Source of the DNA: the human T2T-CHM13v2.0 reference genome, Homo sapiens
Assembly: GCF_009914755.1 (NCBI RefSeq)
Contig: NC_060928.1
Length of the DNA stretch: 64,000 bases
Reading direction: 5' to 3' (one strand)
Shown: positions 39,561-53,704 of the stretch, piece by piece
Layout of the letters: every line of letters begins with the position of its first letter
Position numbering within the stretch: position 1 is the first letter of the stretch
Notes under the pieces: model-generated
The model's database searches: none
What the model was told of the DNA's origin: nothing
What the model saw: the letters and a program-made list of their open reading frames with translations, nothing else
Translations under genes and position numbers: made by a program

Positions 39561-42500
39561 AAATGGTAAATAAAATCCACTTTTGGAATTTGGATTTGGT
39601 AATTGTATTTTACAAATCTAGAGAGTGAATGAATTCCTACATATGATGTTCCATACATGCTTGTTAAGTAAACACATGGGATAAAACATATGATCGGTTT
39701 CCTCTCTTATCTGTGGATTATAAGTAAGATTTCTACAATTAGCATGATAGATTGTTGTGTCATTCATTTCTATCTCAAGATACAGACAAATTTTCAATTA
39801 CATTTATGTTTACATATAGTTGTAAATGATATGCCTGCATATTTTTATATTTGTATCTACAACATTTCAATGTAATCTGACAAACAGGTCTCATATTTTC
39901 CTTTTTGATTCCAAAATTGGATTCATTATATGGCTGGCACACAAATATTTGGTAAAAATGAGCTCTATATATCTCTTTGTTCAGATTCAAAGTACTTACA
40001 TTCTTCTAGGAAAAATGTAAAATGTGACTTATCAGACCTGAAGATCTATTTTGTATATTATTTATTTTATACTTTTCTAGTCAATAAGTAATATTTAACA
40101 TTAGCAAAATCTAATCTAAATGGATTTTGCATTATTTGTCTTAAAATACAAATATTTACATTTTTGCAATTTAAATAAATCATATAGGTTAAAAATAATG
40201 AATAAGAGAAAATTAATTTGTATGATGCTATTAAAATAATTTATTTTTAAAATTTGAAGTATTGTGCTGCTGTTGACTTTAGTTTGATAAATAAAAAGAA
40301 ATTTTACTTATTTTAATTAATAACTAGATAAATAGAAATATATATATGTATATATGATACATATGTTATCTTGTTTTCAGCCTTATTAGAGCCATCTGAT
40401 AAAGTCATTCGTTCGCCATAATTTATTGAACGTGTACCATGTGCCCAATACTATCCTTATTTTGGAGCAAGATGAAAAGTAGTTCACATCCTAATGAAAG
40501 AAAACATCCAACAAACTAAAAAATACGTAGAGTATATGTCTTGACAAATGGTGTCGAGTTTTGTGGATGAAAACAAATCAAAGAAATTGATAGGGAATGT
40601 TTTTGGCTTGTCATTTTCAATCATTGTTTGGTAAGGTCTCACCAATAATGCGATGTATGGACCCAGTGGGTTCATAATGGGAATCAGTGGGAAAAGGAAG
40701 GCCAGAAATTTCTGGGATCCTAATCTTGACTGACACAAACAGAAATAAAAGCTCTAATACAATCTTCAAGGTGTCAGAGAAAAGAAGGTAATTCCTGAGG
40801 GCTGAATATGAGGGTTGACAATGAGTACAAAGTGTAAGATGGGGTTTTTACAGGGACTTGTACAACCCAGGATTCCTAGTCATTCCTGTCAAACATACAC
40901 TTTCTCACACAAACAGACACACACACATTCACCAAATCTCATCTCTGCTCAAAGTTGTTTGAAAGTTAGATATGACCAGGCATTCTCTGTCTCTACTTTT
41001 AAAACCAACAGTCATTTATTATTTCTATTTAGCCATAAAGACATACAGATATATAAAATATTAGAAGGTGACTTCAATGATTTTTGGTAGGTATTAGTGC
41101 TTCTCGAACAACTTTAACTCAGTGTGTTATTTCTTTAAAGCTTTACTAAACCTCAACACATAAGTTTTTCTTTAGCATCCAAACATAATTGAAAATAGTT
41201 TGTTTATAAAGGTATATACTAACACATTAAAACCGGTGGTATGATATTTAGCAAGGGAACAATCAGAAAAGCATCATCATGCATTCATTTTTCTGCCGTT
41301 GATTTAATTAAACAGTGTCTCTTATGTTCACAGCACCAGAAATAAAAGGATGTGAAAGAAAAGCATAATTCCTCATTTCAAGACACATAACTTAGGGCAG
41401 ACAAACAGCACAGAATAAATATTCAATGGGTACATAACAATATATACCAAATTGCTATATTAATAATGTGTTCTGAGAACATTAAGAGTTATTATTTCTA
41501 AACTTCAGCTGGGGATAAAACTGATTATTAGTCCATGAGGTAGGAGAAAGCATTGATAATTGAAAAGTGGTAGGTTAAGGGCAATTTTCCAATTGCATAT
41601 GTCAAGACTAGATACTTTAAAAACTTATTTATTTTCACATGTAACTGAATTTTTACAATGATTTTGACATTAAAGTATATTTTTACATTATACTTACTTC
41701 CTTTTTTGTTGACTATCGAATCTATCCTTCATATTATCCCAATTAATATATTTAATAAATGTGTGCATTTAGAAAATTCCTTCACCTTTTTGTGACTTAA
41801 TTTATTGCCTATAAAATGAAAATAGTTACTTCTTCATAAGATTGCTTTGAAGATTAAATCAGATAATACATTGAAGAGCTTAGCTTAATGTCTGGTACAC
41901 AAAAGTCCCAGTAAAGATTGGCTATTTTATCAAAATATTTGATACTTACAAAATAATTTCAGCAAAAATATATGCAGTGTAAATGCATATATTAATTCCA
42001 AGGGGAAAAAAAATCTATTTGTTTATTTCAAAAGTCTTTCTTATAGACAAGTTGAATACGAAATTTTACAAATATATAAAGTTTTCTCCAATAATTAGTA
42101 TGTTATTTTTGATGTTTTTCCTACTTTCTTAAAACTCAAAAATGTATTATGAAATTTTATGTGATTTAATAAAAAGTTGAGAATATTATTTTCAGTATCA
42201 TGGACTGCTGTTAAAACATTAGCTTAATTTATTATAAGTATTTAATGTTTATAATTTATTATATGCCTAAATATCAGTTTATTTTATACTTCAAAACATT
42301 TAACATAAAAAGTGGAGTATTTGTCCAACATTAGAAAACCCCATATTGTGAAAATTTCTAAAAATTTCTATGGAAAGAAATCCTTTGCTAACCTATATAT
42401 CTGCAGACAGTGTAGATAATTTTTTGTTTATCTTATAACAAAGCTAAGCATAGGACATAACACTTATTTAGTTTAAAATCTTCTAAAATCACAATTAATA

Positions 42501-42805
42501 TGGGAGTAATATAAATTATCTGGTAGATTGGGTTTCATATTTACTTCTTTATAAATTTATTAGTATTACTGTAGGTAAATTCTAATAATTATGTTTTTAA
42601 TGGGCTATCTCTATTCTTTGTCAAGAAGTAGTTCTCGAAATTGTAAATTTCCAAATTTACTGCTATTTCATGTATTAAAATGTGCATTTTAAAAATAATA
42701 TGGAAACTACTGAAAGCATATTCTGAAATAAGTGCTCCTAAGTGAATAATAAACCAGAAAACTAATAGCTTAGTTTATAATTGGCAGGCACTATGAGCAG
42801 ATTCA

Positions 42806-42958
<153 letters not shown>

Positions 42959-43838
42959 TCACCTGTCAAAATTAAAATTGCAAGGAATCAGAGAAAATGA
43001 ATTATATATTAAAAAACATGTATCATGAAATATTTAATATCACATATAAATCTCCATTAATCTAATCAAAACTTGCTGGTAGTTGCCAAGGGAAATGAGA
43101 AGTGAGTATCTCCAAATACGGATTATTCCTTTGATCATAACAAATACTTTTTTTCATTCAGACAGCTATATAAAATATGGAATGAGAAGAAATATAGGGA
43201 CTGATAAAAATGTGGTAAGAAAAGAGTTAATAAAAAAAGGTTGAAAGAAAAGGGGAAAATAGAGAAAATATTGCATTATACTTAATTTTCTAATTATCGG
43301 TACAGAATACAATTATTAATATATAAATATTGAACTTTGAGTATGTTTGATGAACAAATCTTAATAGACTTACCGTTATTATAATTCACTGGTAAATATT
43401 GATGAGAAGTTAATAAGATAGTCTATGATAGGTAGTACTTAATAAATTAACTGAGTACAACAGAAGTTATGCAGGTGGATTATATTTAGTTATTAATGTA
43501 CTTTTTCAGTATTTAAAAAGGCATTTCCTAGAAAATTGCTTTACAAGCACTTTAAACTAAAAGTTTTATGTCTACTTCAGCCTTTCTATGTTTTTGGATA
43601 TAAATAAGTTGTAAAATGGCATAAACTCATTATTGTATAAATACTAAGTCCTTTTCAAACATACAAATCTAAGCTTTGAGTTCAAGTATATCCTGCTTTA
43701 TCACTTTCGCCAACACACCTCCTTCCCTACTGTGACAGAGAGCAGCTTTTTCTTCTGTCAAAGCCAATCTGTTATGTCTGATTTCTTGGGAAACTTAATC
43801 AATTGATTAGCATTGCTCTATGCTGTATTTTGGGTCTG

Positions 43839-44094
43839 TTTTAGCGACAGGGTCTCACTTTGTTATGTAGGCTGGAGTGCAATGGCACCATAAATGACCC
43901 TCCTGTCTCAGCCTCCCCAGTAGGTAGAATGGCAAGCGTGTGCCATCAGGCCGAATTAATGTTTTATTTTTACTTTTCAGAGACAGGTTCTCACTATCTT
44001 GTCCAGGCTAGTCTTGAACTCCTGGTGTCAAGTGCTTCTCCTGCCGTGGCCTCCCAAAGCACTGGGGTGACAGGCATGAGCCACTGAGTCTGGT
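43839..44094 (-). mobile_element. AluJ element, degenerate with an internal deletion
   Basis: GACAGGGTCTCACT...GCTGGAGTGCAATGGC...CCTCCCAAAGCACTGGGGTGACAGGCATGAGCCACTG. Confidence 0.88.
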
Positions 44095-44199
44095 TCTTGA
44101 CTGAATTTTAAACTCCCTTTCTCAATTATTTTCTTCCATCTTTAGACAGGCAGAAATGGCCTGTGTTTGAAGGTAACTTCTCTCCTCTACTTTCTGAAT

Positions 44200-44324
44200 T
44201 TCTGGAATAGTTATATATACATCATTCCATCCATTTTTTCTTACCCTAGTTCACTCAGTCACGCTTCTGACCTCATCAGGCCATTAAACTGACTTTTTAG
44301 CTTTCTCAAAGCTAACCGACACAA

Positions 44325-44363
<39 letters not shown>

Positions 44364-45590
44364 AGTGGGCATTCCTAATCCATTCTTACAAGACGTATGG
44401 TGGCCATTCCATGTTGTTGTTGTTCTTGTTGTTGTTTTGTGGAAGAAATTGTCACTTTCTTTGGTGTTTATAACACTTCTCTCTTCTGTTTCTGTAGATT
44501 TTGTGAAAACTCCTCAGTCCTTTAGTAGGTTCAGCCTACTGCTTTATTTTGCCATTAAATATTGTGGTTTATCAAATCTCATTGCTAGCTACCTGTATTC
44601 CTGCTTCATTCATTCAGCCCAGGTTATCTCAACATCATCTCTGGTCTTAATTATATATATTGCTTCACACCCAACCTCTAGATTGGTATATCTTGCTTAC
44701 TTAACAGTTCCACCTTCATGTTTCAAAAACAGCCCTCGTAGTATGCACACCTTCACATAACACCACACTTTTCCAGATTTTCATTCATCTGTGTACTTAA
44801 ACCAGAAACCAAGGAAACATCTTTGATATCTCTTGTTTACCCTTTAGATTAAACTCATCACTAAATTCTTTTATATCTACCTTCTAAATACATTCCCAAA
44901 CTTTGCTTCCCCTCCAAATTGACGGTCCCCACTCTATTGCAAGCTGTCAAGACACTTCTCACCTAAACTGCCCCAACCACATCCTCGCTAGTCTTCCACA
45001 TTTCTATATATGCATCTTAAGTCCACTCTCCACACAAGAGCCTGAGTGATCATGTTATTGCACTCATTAATAACTTTAGCATATTTTCACGTACTTTTAA
45101 GATAAAAACCAAAATCCCTGACCTAGCTGACAAGTTCCCAGTGTCTGAGCTCTATGTGTTTCTCTCTCCCTCTAGATATCACCTCCTGCGACACTAAACT
45201 TCATTCAGTTTTTTGAACTTATTTTGCCTGTCTCTGCTATAAGGCTTTTGTAAGGTATTTTCTCCACTTGAAATATGGCCCTTTCCCCCTGCCCCATTTA
45301 TCACCCAAAAACTTTCACACATCAGACATTTCTCTCAAGAATCCCTTCCCTGAGTTACTTGTTTTAGTTACGCATTCCCATAGATCAGTTTTCCTTCATT
45401 TCAGGGATGTAATTATAAATCATAACCATGATTATTTGAAAAATGTGGGTCTTCTCCATTAGATATCTTTTTTCTCATCCAAACTTTGTTAATGCAGGAA
45501 ATTGTTTGCTTTTATTTTTGTTTTCTTCAGGATTACATCACCTGGGCCTAGCAAATAGCCCAGAACAATACATGAATGCATAAATGTCAT
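44200..45590 (+). mobile_element. L2 element 3' region
   Basis: Pyrimidine-rich L2 sense motifs CCAGAAACCAAGGAAACATCTTTGAT, CTATTGCAAG...TCTCACCTAAACTG and AAGATAAAAACCAAAATCCCT. Confidence 0.7.
44327..44362. repeat. (CA)n microsatellite, ~18 units
   Basis: Read directly from the sequence. Confidence 0.97.
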
Positions 45591-46074
45591 TCTGCATTCA
45601 AGGATAAAATAAAGATCATGTTTCCTTACATTCTGATAATGTTGAATGCAATTCCTATTTCCACTGATGCTACAAAGCTTCTGAAAACTAACCTGAGCAA
45701 ACTAAATATTTTCATTTGCAACCCATCCCCCTTTTTTTTGTCATTTTGATGTATAGCCTAATCCTTTTCTCAGAGGTAAATATTTGTTTATAAGACATCT
45801 GGATGGAAGATATTAAATCCAAGATAGAGCCAAAAATAAAGCAAAAAGGACCAGCTCAAGTTAAGAGATATTTTCCACAAGGTTCTGAATACATCTGCTG
45901 CTTCTGTTGTCCACGAGGAGAGTCAAGAAAGAGGCATGAAAACAACTTCCTTCCACCCTGACTGAGTACAAGTGAGGTCAGAAATTTCTTTAAAGTGCTC
46001 AGTTAAGATTTCTCTTTCTCTGCCCTCCCTCTCCTTTTCTCTCTCTCTTCTTCCCTCTCTTTCTCTTTGTGTGT

Positions 46075-46077
<3 letters not shown>

Positions 46078-46105
<28 letters not shown>
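46078..46105. repeat. (CA)n microsatellite, ~14 units, after a CT-rich tract
   Basis: Read directly from the sequence. Confidence 0.97.
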
Positions 46106-46108
<3 letters not shown>

Positions 46109-47630
46109 TCTATATGACTACAAATATTTCATGCATTATAAAATATAGAGCAAATTAACAACTAACTTTAATAAGTTACTAAAAATCTTATAAAGCTTCT
46201 GTTAGATCCCATGCATTCAGACTTAGATCAACATTATCCTGAAATATTTTATCTACCCAAAGGCAGTAAGCTAGAAATATCTACCTTACATTTCACTAAA
46301 AGTCGATACAAATAAGTCAGTGTGTAAATCTTCAAGGCTGTATAGGCAACCTATTTGTGCTATTTTCATCTACATCTCTTATATGATTAATCATAATTAA
46401 TTGTTTTCATTGATAGTCCTAAGATTTCCAAGTCCCAAATTTCTCAGTAATACAAAGTTATACAAAAATAAATATACATATATGCTTTACCTCAGCAAAA
46501 TTTATGATATGACTGGATTGATTTACTGGTATCACAAATAAAACTAAACAGAACTAATATTAAAAGTCAGATCGTCAGAAGTCAGTTTTCCTTAGGAAAA
46601 CTCTGATTTCTGTTACACATAGGCATTTGAGCTCAGCAGTGCAGAGGTAATAGCCAAAAAAGACCAGAGAAAGAACAAAACCTAGTTTCTGTGCTCCTCT
46701 TTTGTAAATAACTACTTTGTAATTTTTTTCTTCATTGAAATATTACTAAGAAAAACAAATGAATCCAATTATATAGTTATCAAACAGTAACCTAAATTAA
46801 AAAATGGCTCTTCTCAATGTATGCTCAGAGAATCATGATCATCTTCTTATTTCTCTTTAGATACAAAATCCAAATATATCATTATTATATCTTTAAAAGT
46901 TCACTCATCCACAGAAAGTGTTCTGGAAATTTTTTGTAAATCAGCAGTAATCGATCCCACCATAAACAGTGTCGTAATCTCACTTTCTTAGTATAGTAAC
47001 CTCTGACAACCTGTTAGGTTTTCAGAATTAATTGGCAGTTTGTTGACAGCTCACTGACAACACTGAAAAGCACGTGACTAAAACAAACCAGCTGGAACAG
47101 ATGGTGCAATAATGATCCTGTGACTTTTCCTTGTAACCTCCATCTTCACAGGAAAGCATCAGAAAACAACCTCATTATTAACTTGAAGAAAACAAAATGC
47201 ATGTGTATCTAAAAGTATCTGCCTAACTTCAGATCTAACAAAGTGAGACTTTAAAATGGTGAGGGGGTGGGCAGAGATCTCTCTTCTTCAAAAGATAATA
47301 TGTTTCTTTGAATCAAGCCATTTTTATTTTCTCCGCATGGCAAAACATGCCATGCTGCTTGCTGGGGGTAGGATTTAGAGTAATTACGTTATTTAGTAGA
47401 TTCAAATTTGAGGGATTTTGATATGTTTACATATTCTCCAGAATGTCACTTCTAATCACTTGGGAAAACTAAGACCACTGAAGCATTGCCTTAAGAATAA
47501 AATGCAGCATTTGAGAAGAAGAAAAGTGTCGTAGCATGCCTTTGAATGAAAAGAGTGTCGAGATGAAGCAAAATCTCCAACATTATCAATTGTTGCAGAG
47601 AGGTTAAGTATCCTCACCTGCCTCTCACTC

Positions 47631-48343
47631 TGTTGTGAGTGGGCCATTTCAGGTTCTTGACTTAATGGCACAAAAGACTTTGAGAGCAAATTCAAAGTAA
47701 GAGTATGCAAAGAAGTTTATTGCAAAGCAGCAGTGCACTGTGAGACGTAGAGCAGGCTGCTCAAAGGGTGAGGCTGCAGCTAGTGCCTTAAGAGGAATTT
47801 CTTTTATGGGAGCTGTATGTGAATATTCATAAAATACTGCTGAAGTAACGTGTGCCAAGGCCGACCTCTAATTGGCTCATGCGCTCAGTATCTACATGCT
47901 GTAACACACTTCGCATGTACCGTTAGCATATAAAATCTCCACGTAGGTGTGGGCTTTTACCACTAAAATGAGGAAAGGGTTACTATAAGTTAAATCTTGA
48001 GCTTAGCTGTGCATGCAAGACCCCAGAGAAGTCCCTGCCCCCTGCCACCCAACTCCCACCCGCAGGCAGGAATTTGTAGCTAATAGCTTCTTGGGCTTTT
48101 GGTGCTAATTGGCTGGAGGTTGGGGAGGCTACATCAGGAATAAGGGGCTTTTGTTCTCTTTCCCAGGCGGTGCTAGATATCAGGAAGCTGTAGTCTTTTG
48201 GTGGTCTGCTGGTATCCTGTAGGACCGCTTACCTTTTAAAAGAGTTAGAGGCTGATGCAGGAAGGTGCAAGGGAAAAGAGCCCGCGAGGCTTCACACAAG
48301 GGAGACATCGGTATGGCCTCCTAGCCTTACTTACCCTGCCACA
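47631..48343 (-). mobile_element. ERV1-class solo LTR (MER4-group; subfamily uncertain), 713 bp, with perfect 4-bp TSD ACTC
   Basis: TG...CA termini; ACTC at 47627-47630 and 48344-48347; minus-strand AATAAA (TTTATT at ~47716); U5-like AAGACTTTGAGAGCAAATTC. Confidence 0.85.
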
Positions 48344-48879
48344 ACTCCATAATGGAAAACTCCTCACCCTGTCCTAGAAAAATTCTATGGGTCTTTTCAG
48401 AGGTAAGTCCAACCTGATTCTTTGTGAGACCTTCTCTGACATTACCCAGGCTTTCTGTTCTCTGCTGCAATTTTTCTGTATCTTTCTTATGTGACTTCAC
48501 CTCACACTGTGGCTATTGCTTTTAGAAAGGCTATCACTCTTACAAAGATGTAAAAGAAAGTAGTTTAGATGTACTAAACTAGTACCCACAGTCTAGCAAG
48601 TTTCTTACATTCCACAGACTTCTGGCTTTATTATGCAGCAGAAAAGAGCTGTAAATGCTCACTAGTGCCTTTTTTCTTTTCTGGTATCCTAGAATTCTGT
48701 GAGACAGGAAAACTGACTTCTAGACTACCTTGGGTCTTACTGTGTAACCTAAGCAAAACTGATTACCCTGGGTGGGCCCCATCTGTCAGAGGGGATTTAC
48801 GATCCAATATAGTGTAGCACCTGTACCAGATTATTCCATCTGAGTAGATTTATCAAGTTGGAGAAGAGAAAGGGGGAAT

Positions 48880-49110
48880 AACAGGTTTGGGAGAGCAAAT
48901 GGCATTTTCTTTTTGGAGATGCCTTTTGGTAGTCCAAATGGAGATATTAGCTAAGCATTGGGATATAGGAACCCGGAGTTTAGCAAAGAGATATGGGCTA
49001 GAGATACCTGTTTGGGGTTCTTAACATTTATAAATCATCCAATCTAGGTGCGAGACAGGAGAAGGATGTGATTAGAGAGGAGAAGAGGTCCAAAGACTAT
49101 GCTGTCAGGC
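48880..49110 (-). mobile_element. L2 fragment
   Basis: TCCAAATGGAGATATTAG...GGGCTAGAGATACCTGTTTGGGG...GAGAAGAGGTCCAAAGACT. Confidence 0.65.
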
Positions 49111-49411
49111 AGGTTTAGTCGAAACACATTATATATTTCTAGAAAATAAGAATACTGAAATGGTAAATTTGGAAAAATAAGAGATGAAAAATTTTATTCA
49201 AATGAAATGACTGGAAGCCACAGCTCTCCTCATCATCTGAATTGCTACCTGGCTATTGGCTTGTTTATTCTCTGTATCCAACCACAAAGTTAACTCAGTA
49301 AAGACAGAACTATGTTAATCATTTCTGTAAATTAAAGTGGTACTTGGCCCCCAGTATAATCTCAATAAATATTTTTGGGTAAATAAAATAATGAATAAAT
49401 TGATAAAAATT

Positions 49412-49529
49412 AATTAATTTGAAATAGTAGGTACACATTAAGTGATTTTTATTATTCTTTATGGAATTGAAAATATTTGTTTGAATTGACAAGTGAGTCG
49501 AAAAATTAAGTTGCAGTTATCGCAAAAAG
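49412..49529 (+). repeat. Copy 1 of a ~118-bp dispersed direct repeat (copy 2 at 52092-52209)
   Basis: AATTAATTTGAAATAGTAGGTACACATTAAGTGATTTTTATTATTCTTTA...AAAAATTAAGTTGCAGTTATCGCAAAAAG. Confidence 0.95.
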
Positions 49530-49805
49530 CCCTTTCTTTTACACTTGGATCAAAACTAGGCTTTCAATGGGAAGTTCTTTTGGGAAAAACCTCCCTTGTC
49601 AAGGACAGAAAAGCTTTTTATTCCTTACCTTAACCGGAATTGGAAGGACCGGAGTGGCTTCTCTAACATCCATCAGGCAAGTTTGTTTGTTGTAACAGTT
49701 ATTTTCATCTATTGAGACACTTTAACTACACACCTACTACTGTGAACTCTGTGGTTGAATTCTAATTTAATATTTTTCTTAGGAAAAAGCATTCTCCAAA
49801 GAGTC

Positions 49806-50081
49806 TTTTTTTTTTTGACGGAATCTCGCTCTGTCGCCCAGGCTGGAGTGCAGTGGCGCGATCTCGGCTCACTGCAAGCTCCGCCTTGCGGGTTCACGCC
49901 ATTCTCCTGCCTCTGCCTCCTGAGTAGCTGGGACTACAGGGCCCCGCCACCACGCCTGGCTAATTTTTTGTATTTTTTAGTAGAGACGGGGTTTCGCCAT
50001 GTTAGCCAGGATGGTCTCGATCTCCTGACCTCGTGATCCGCCCCGCTCGGCCTCCCAAAGTGCTGGGATTACAGGCGTGAG
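49806..50081 (-). mobile_element. AluY element, slightly 5'-truncated, TSD AAGAGTC
   Basis: GCAAGCTCCGCC...GTTAGCCAGGATGGTCTCGATCTCCTGACCTCGTGATCCG; TSD at 49799-49805 and 50082-50088. Confidence 0.97.
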
Positions 50082-50489
50082 AAGAGTCCAGTTTTATAAG
50101 AGCAATGGATTCCCTCTTTCAGAGAAGTGGATTTTCTCCATTAAGCAGCACATTCTCCTCATTAGAGAATTGGCTGCCGCCCCGTCATTGTACCAGCTGC
50201 AAATACTTTTTCTAACTAGCACCATTTACAACAAAAACAAGGAATTACTGCCTTTCATGTTGTATATCCATAAAGAAGAGCAAGAAAGGGAAAACAGATC
50301 CTATACATCCTACTAGATATAGTAGGGTAGTACCAGATGGTACTTAATTCTCCAAAAATATTTTCAGTAAGTATTATTGCCTATATATGACTACCATAAA
50401 GAAAAATAAAAGCTTATACAGATGAAATGTCCAAGTTTAAAAAGTTAGTAGCAAGGCTGACTATAATAAAATCTGATTTATTCTTGTTA

Positions 50490-50852
<363 letters not shown>

Positions 50853-51064
50853 TCATACTGAATACTTCTGGAAGAGGGAACATTTCACTTAAATTTGCTT
50901 TAGATCAAGGTAAGTGAAGATACAAGTTAAACAAATGCTGTAATAATGAATGCAACTAGCCATGTGACTGCTATGTCCAGATTGTATGTAAAAGGCCTTC
51001 CAAATCTATATGAAAACACTAGCAAACATGGTAATTTTTTCAGTTCTTTTTTACAGAGGATTTT

Positions 51065-51405
51065 ATGCTTTAAATTGGGACAAAAATTATACCCATTTAT
51101 GGGGTACATTTTTAATGTATAGGCATAATATTAATATCAATGTAGAATGATTAGATCAGGGTAAGTTGCATATCCATCACCTTAAACATTCATTTCCTTG
51201 TGTTGAGAACATTCAATAGCTTCCTTCTAGCTGTTTGAAACTACATAATATATTACTGTTAACTGTAATCATCTTACAGTGCTATAGTACACTAGAACCT
51301 ATTCCTCCCATCTGGCTCTAATTTTATATCATTTACCAAATCTGTCCCTGTGCCCCCTTATCCCTACCCTTCCCAGGCTCTAGTATCCTCCATCTCTAGT
51401 TTTAA
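51065..51405 (-). mobile_element. L1MA 3' UTR fragment
   Basis: CCCATTTATGGGGTACAT...GATCAGGGTAAGTTGCATATCCATCACC...GTTAACTGTAATCATCTTACAGTGCTATAG. Confidence 0.85.
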
Positions 51406-52019
51406 ATTATTTGTCTTATTGGTCCATACTGTGAAAATATCCAACATTTTTCAATGCAGTGCTCCATGTTGAAAGATTACAACATACACAGTACACTTTT
51501 TTTCTTAGTATGTGGGATAAGAATATAATTTTAAGTAATAAATAAAAAGAATTAAGACCATTAATTTAATTTTACCCTTTCAAAAAAGGAGAAAATTTTT
51601 CTTCAGTGACATCTCAGTCATTAATTTGGAGGAACAAACTTTCCAAATTGTAATCAATTATACCTTTCAATCACCAGCTTAATTTGAGGCTAAATGTAGA
51701 TAAAATAATTGCATTGTTATTTTAGAGGTACTGAGATGTAAAACGTACAGGAATTTGAGCTTGCATTAGGAGAAAGTATTCACTCTTAGTTCCGTTATTT
51801 TGTTTCAAATAGAAATGTTTATACTCTGCTTTAAACAAATGGTACTTACGAAAGCCCCACATTATTAGAACCATGTTATGTGGTAAATATTTGTTGTCCA
51901 AAACCATCCACACCTTGAAAAACTATATTGTAGTTATATTAACTCCTTTGGTACACAAAAACACATTTTAAAGCAAAATGTTTAAGAACAACATAATACA
52001 ACATAGAACACAAGAGAAC

Positions 52020-52280
52020 AGAACTGAAAACCATCCTAGAGACTTAGTCCAACCCCTTCTTTTAATATTTGAAGTAAATGAGAACAAGTGAAATTAATTT
52101 GAAAGAGTAGGTATACATTAAGTGATTTTTATTATTCTTTACATAATTGAAAATATTTGAATTGACTGTGAAGTGAGTCAAAAAATTAAGTTGCAGTTAT
52201 CACAAAAAGTGAAGTTAACAGTATGCTCATGATAAAAAGTGGTTCTAGAATACAGCTGTCCTTATTCCTAGCATAGTATT
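52020..52280 (-). mobile_element. MIR/MIR3 SINE interrupted by the duplicated segment
   Basis: TAGTCCAACCCCTTCTTTTAA...GAAGTAAATGAG | insert | ...CTAGAATACAGCTGTCCTTATTCCTAGCATAGT. Confidence 0.55.
52092..52209 (+). repeat. Copy 2 of the ~118-bp dispersed direct repeat
   Basis: AATTAATTTGAAAGAGTAGGTATACATTAAGTGATTTTTATTATTCTTTA...AAAAATTAAGTTGCAGTTATCACAAAAAG. Confidence 0.95.
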
Positions 52281-53264
52281 TTAAAAAATACTACAGCATA
52301 CCTGACTATAACCTCTTCACTATGGAAAGAAAAAACACACATGTACAAGTGCTTAGTGTCTAAGAAATTTTTTAACAGCTATGTCTCTGTGAAGCATAGT
52401 AAAATTGTTTTTACTACTCACTAGAATTTCTAAAGTCAACTGAAAGGACATCATAGTAACCATCTTTATAGAATCATCTATTTGAGTAGAAGTTTTGGAG
52501 TTTTTGGTTCATACATTTGGTTTCTCACAATGATGTTCACTGAGAGTATGCTTATATATAGTTATGGTTCTAGTTATATACAAAGATGGTTACAGTTATG
52601 GTTGTATATAAATATATATAATTTTGAATTTGTATGTAAATATACATTTAGTTATTGATATATAGATATATAAACATATAGATGTTTATAATTATAGCTA
52701 TACAGAGATGGTTATATATAGTATAGCATATATACTTTAAAGCATTTTTGACAACTTTGAAACAGAACAAACCTTTACTAAAACTTAGCCAAGGAAATTT
52801 CTTTTAAGTTGCATAATATTACAGTAGGCTGGGACTTCAAATCTTATATACTAATATCTCAAATTTAGGTCCAAAAAAGCAATACAACATATAGTGACTC
52901 ATTTTTTACCTCTCAAAACAAGTCCCTGGACTGCATTGTAATATATTCATGATTCAATAGTGAAAAGGTGCATTACATATTGACTGAATTGAAACTAATT
53001 CTACATGTCCATTTTTAAACTAAAAAACATATTGTCTGCCTTCAGAACTGGGGATTATGTATGTTGGTATACACACAGAATGGACCATCAGTCTCCCACC
53101 TTGCTGAAAGCGGAGGTCTGTATCATGGTGTAAAATGACTGGTTAAAATGATGTCCTAATATGGCCAAAATAATGTGATATATCTCAGTATGTTGTACTT
53201 AGCTCTTCTCTACTGTGTATCAGCTTTGCTTATATATGACAGTATCTAAAAAAAAGTTACTTCA

Positions 53265-53704
53265 ATATTGACCCTTGAACAAGACTGGTGTGAATTGCAC
53301 GGTTCCATTTATACACAAATTTTCTTCTACCTCTGCTATCCTTGAGAAAGCAAAACCAACCTCTCTTCTTCTTCCTCCTCAGCCTACTCAACATAAAGAT
53401 GATGCAGATGAAGACCTTTATAATGACTGACTTCCACTTAATGAATAGTAAATATATTTTTCTTCCTTATGGTTTTCTTAATAACATTTCTTTTCTCCAG
53501 TTTACTTTATTGTAAGAATATAACATATATTAACATAACATACAAAGTACCTGCTAATTGACTGTTTATGTTATAGGCAAGGCTTCTTCTGGTCAGTAGT
53601 AGGCTATTAATAGTTAAGTTTGGGGGGAGTCAAAAGTTATATTTGAATTTTATACTGTGCACGGGGTTGGCACCCTATACCCTGTGTCATTCAAGGGCTA
53701 ACTT
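53265..53704. mobile_element. Tigger2a-like TcMar DNA transposon (both TIRs present)
   Basis: TIRs TTGACCCTTGAACAA ... TTCAAGGGCTAAC; internal CCTCAGCCTACTCAAC...GATGAAGACCTTTAT...CTTCCACTTAATGAATAG. Confidence 0.88.

Noticed and set aside
44365-44760. 131-aa hydrophobic ORF
   Set aside because: It lies within an L2 remnant next to (CA)n; the hydrophobicity reflects T-rich and (GTT)n sequence.
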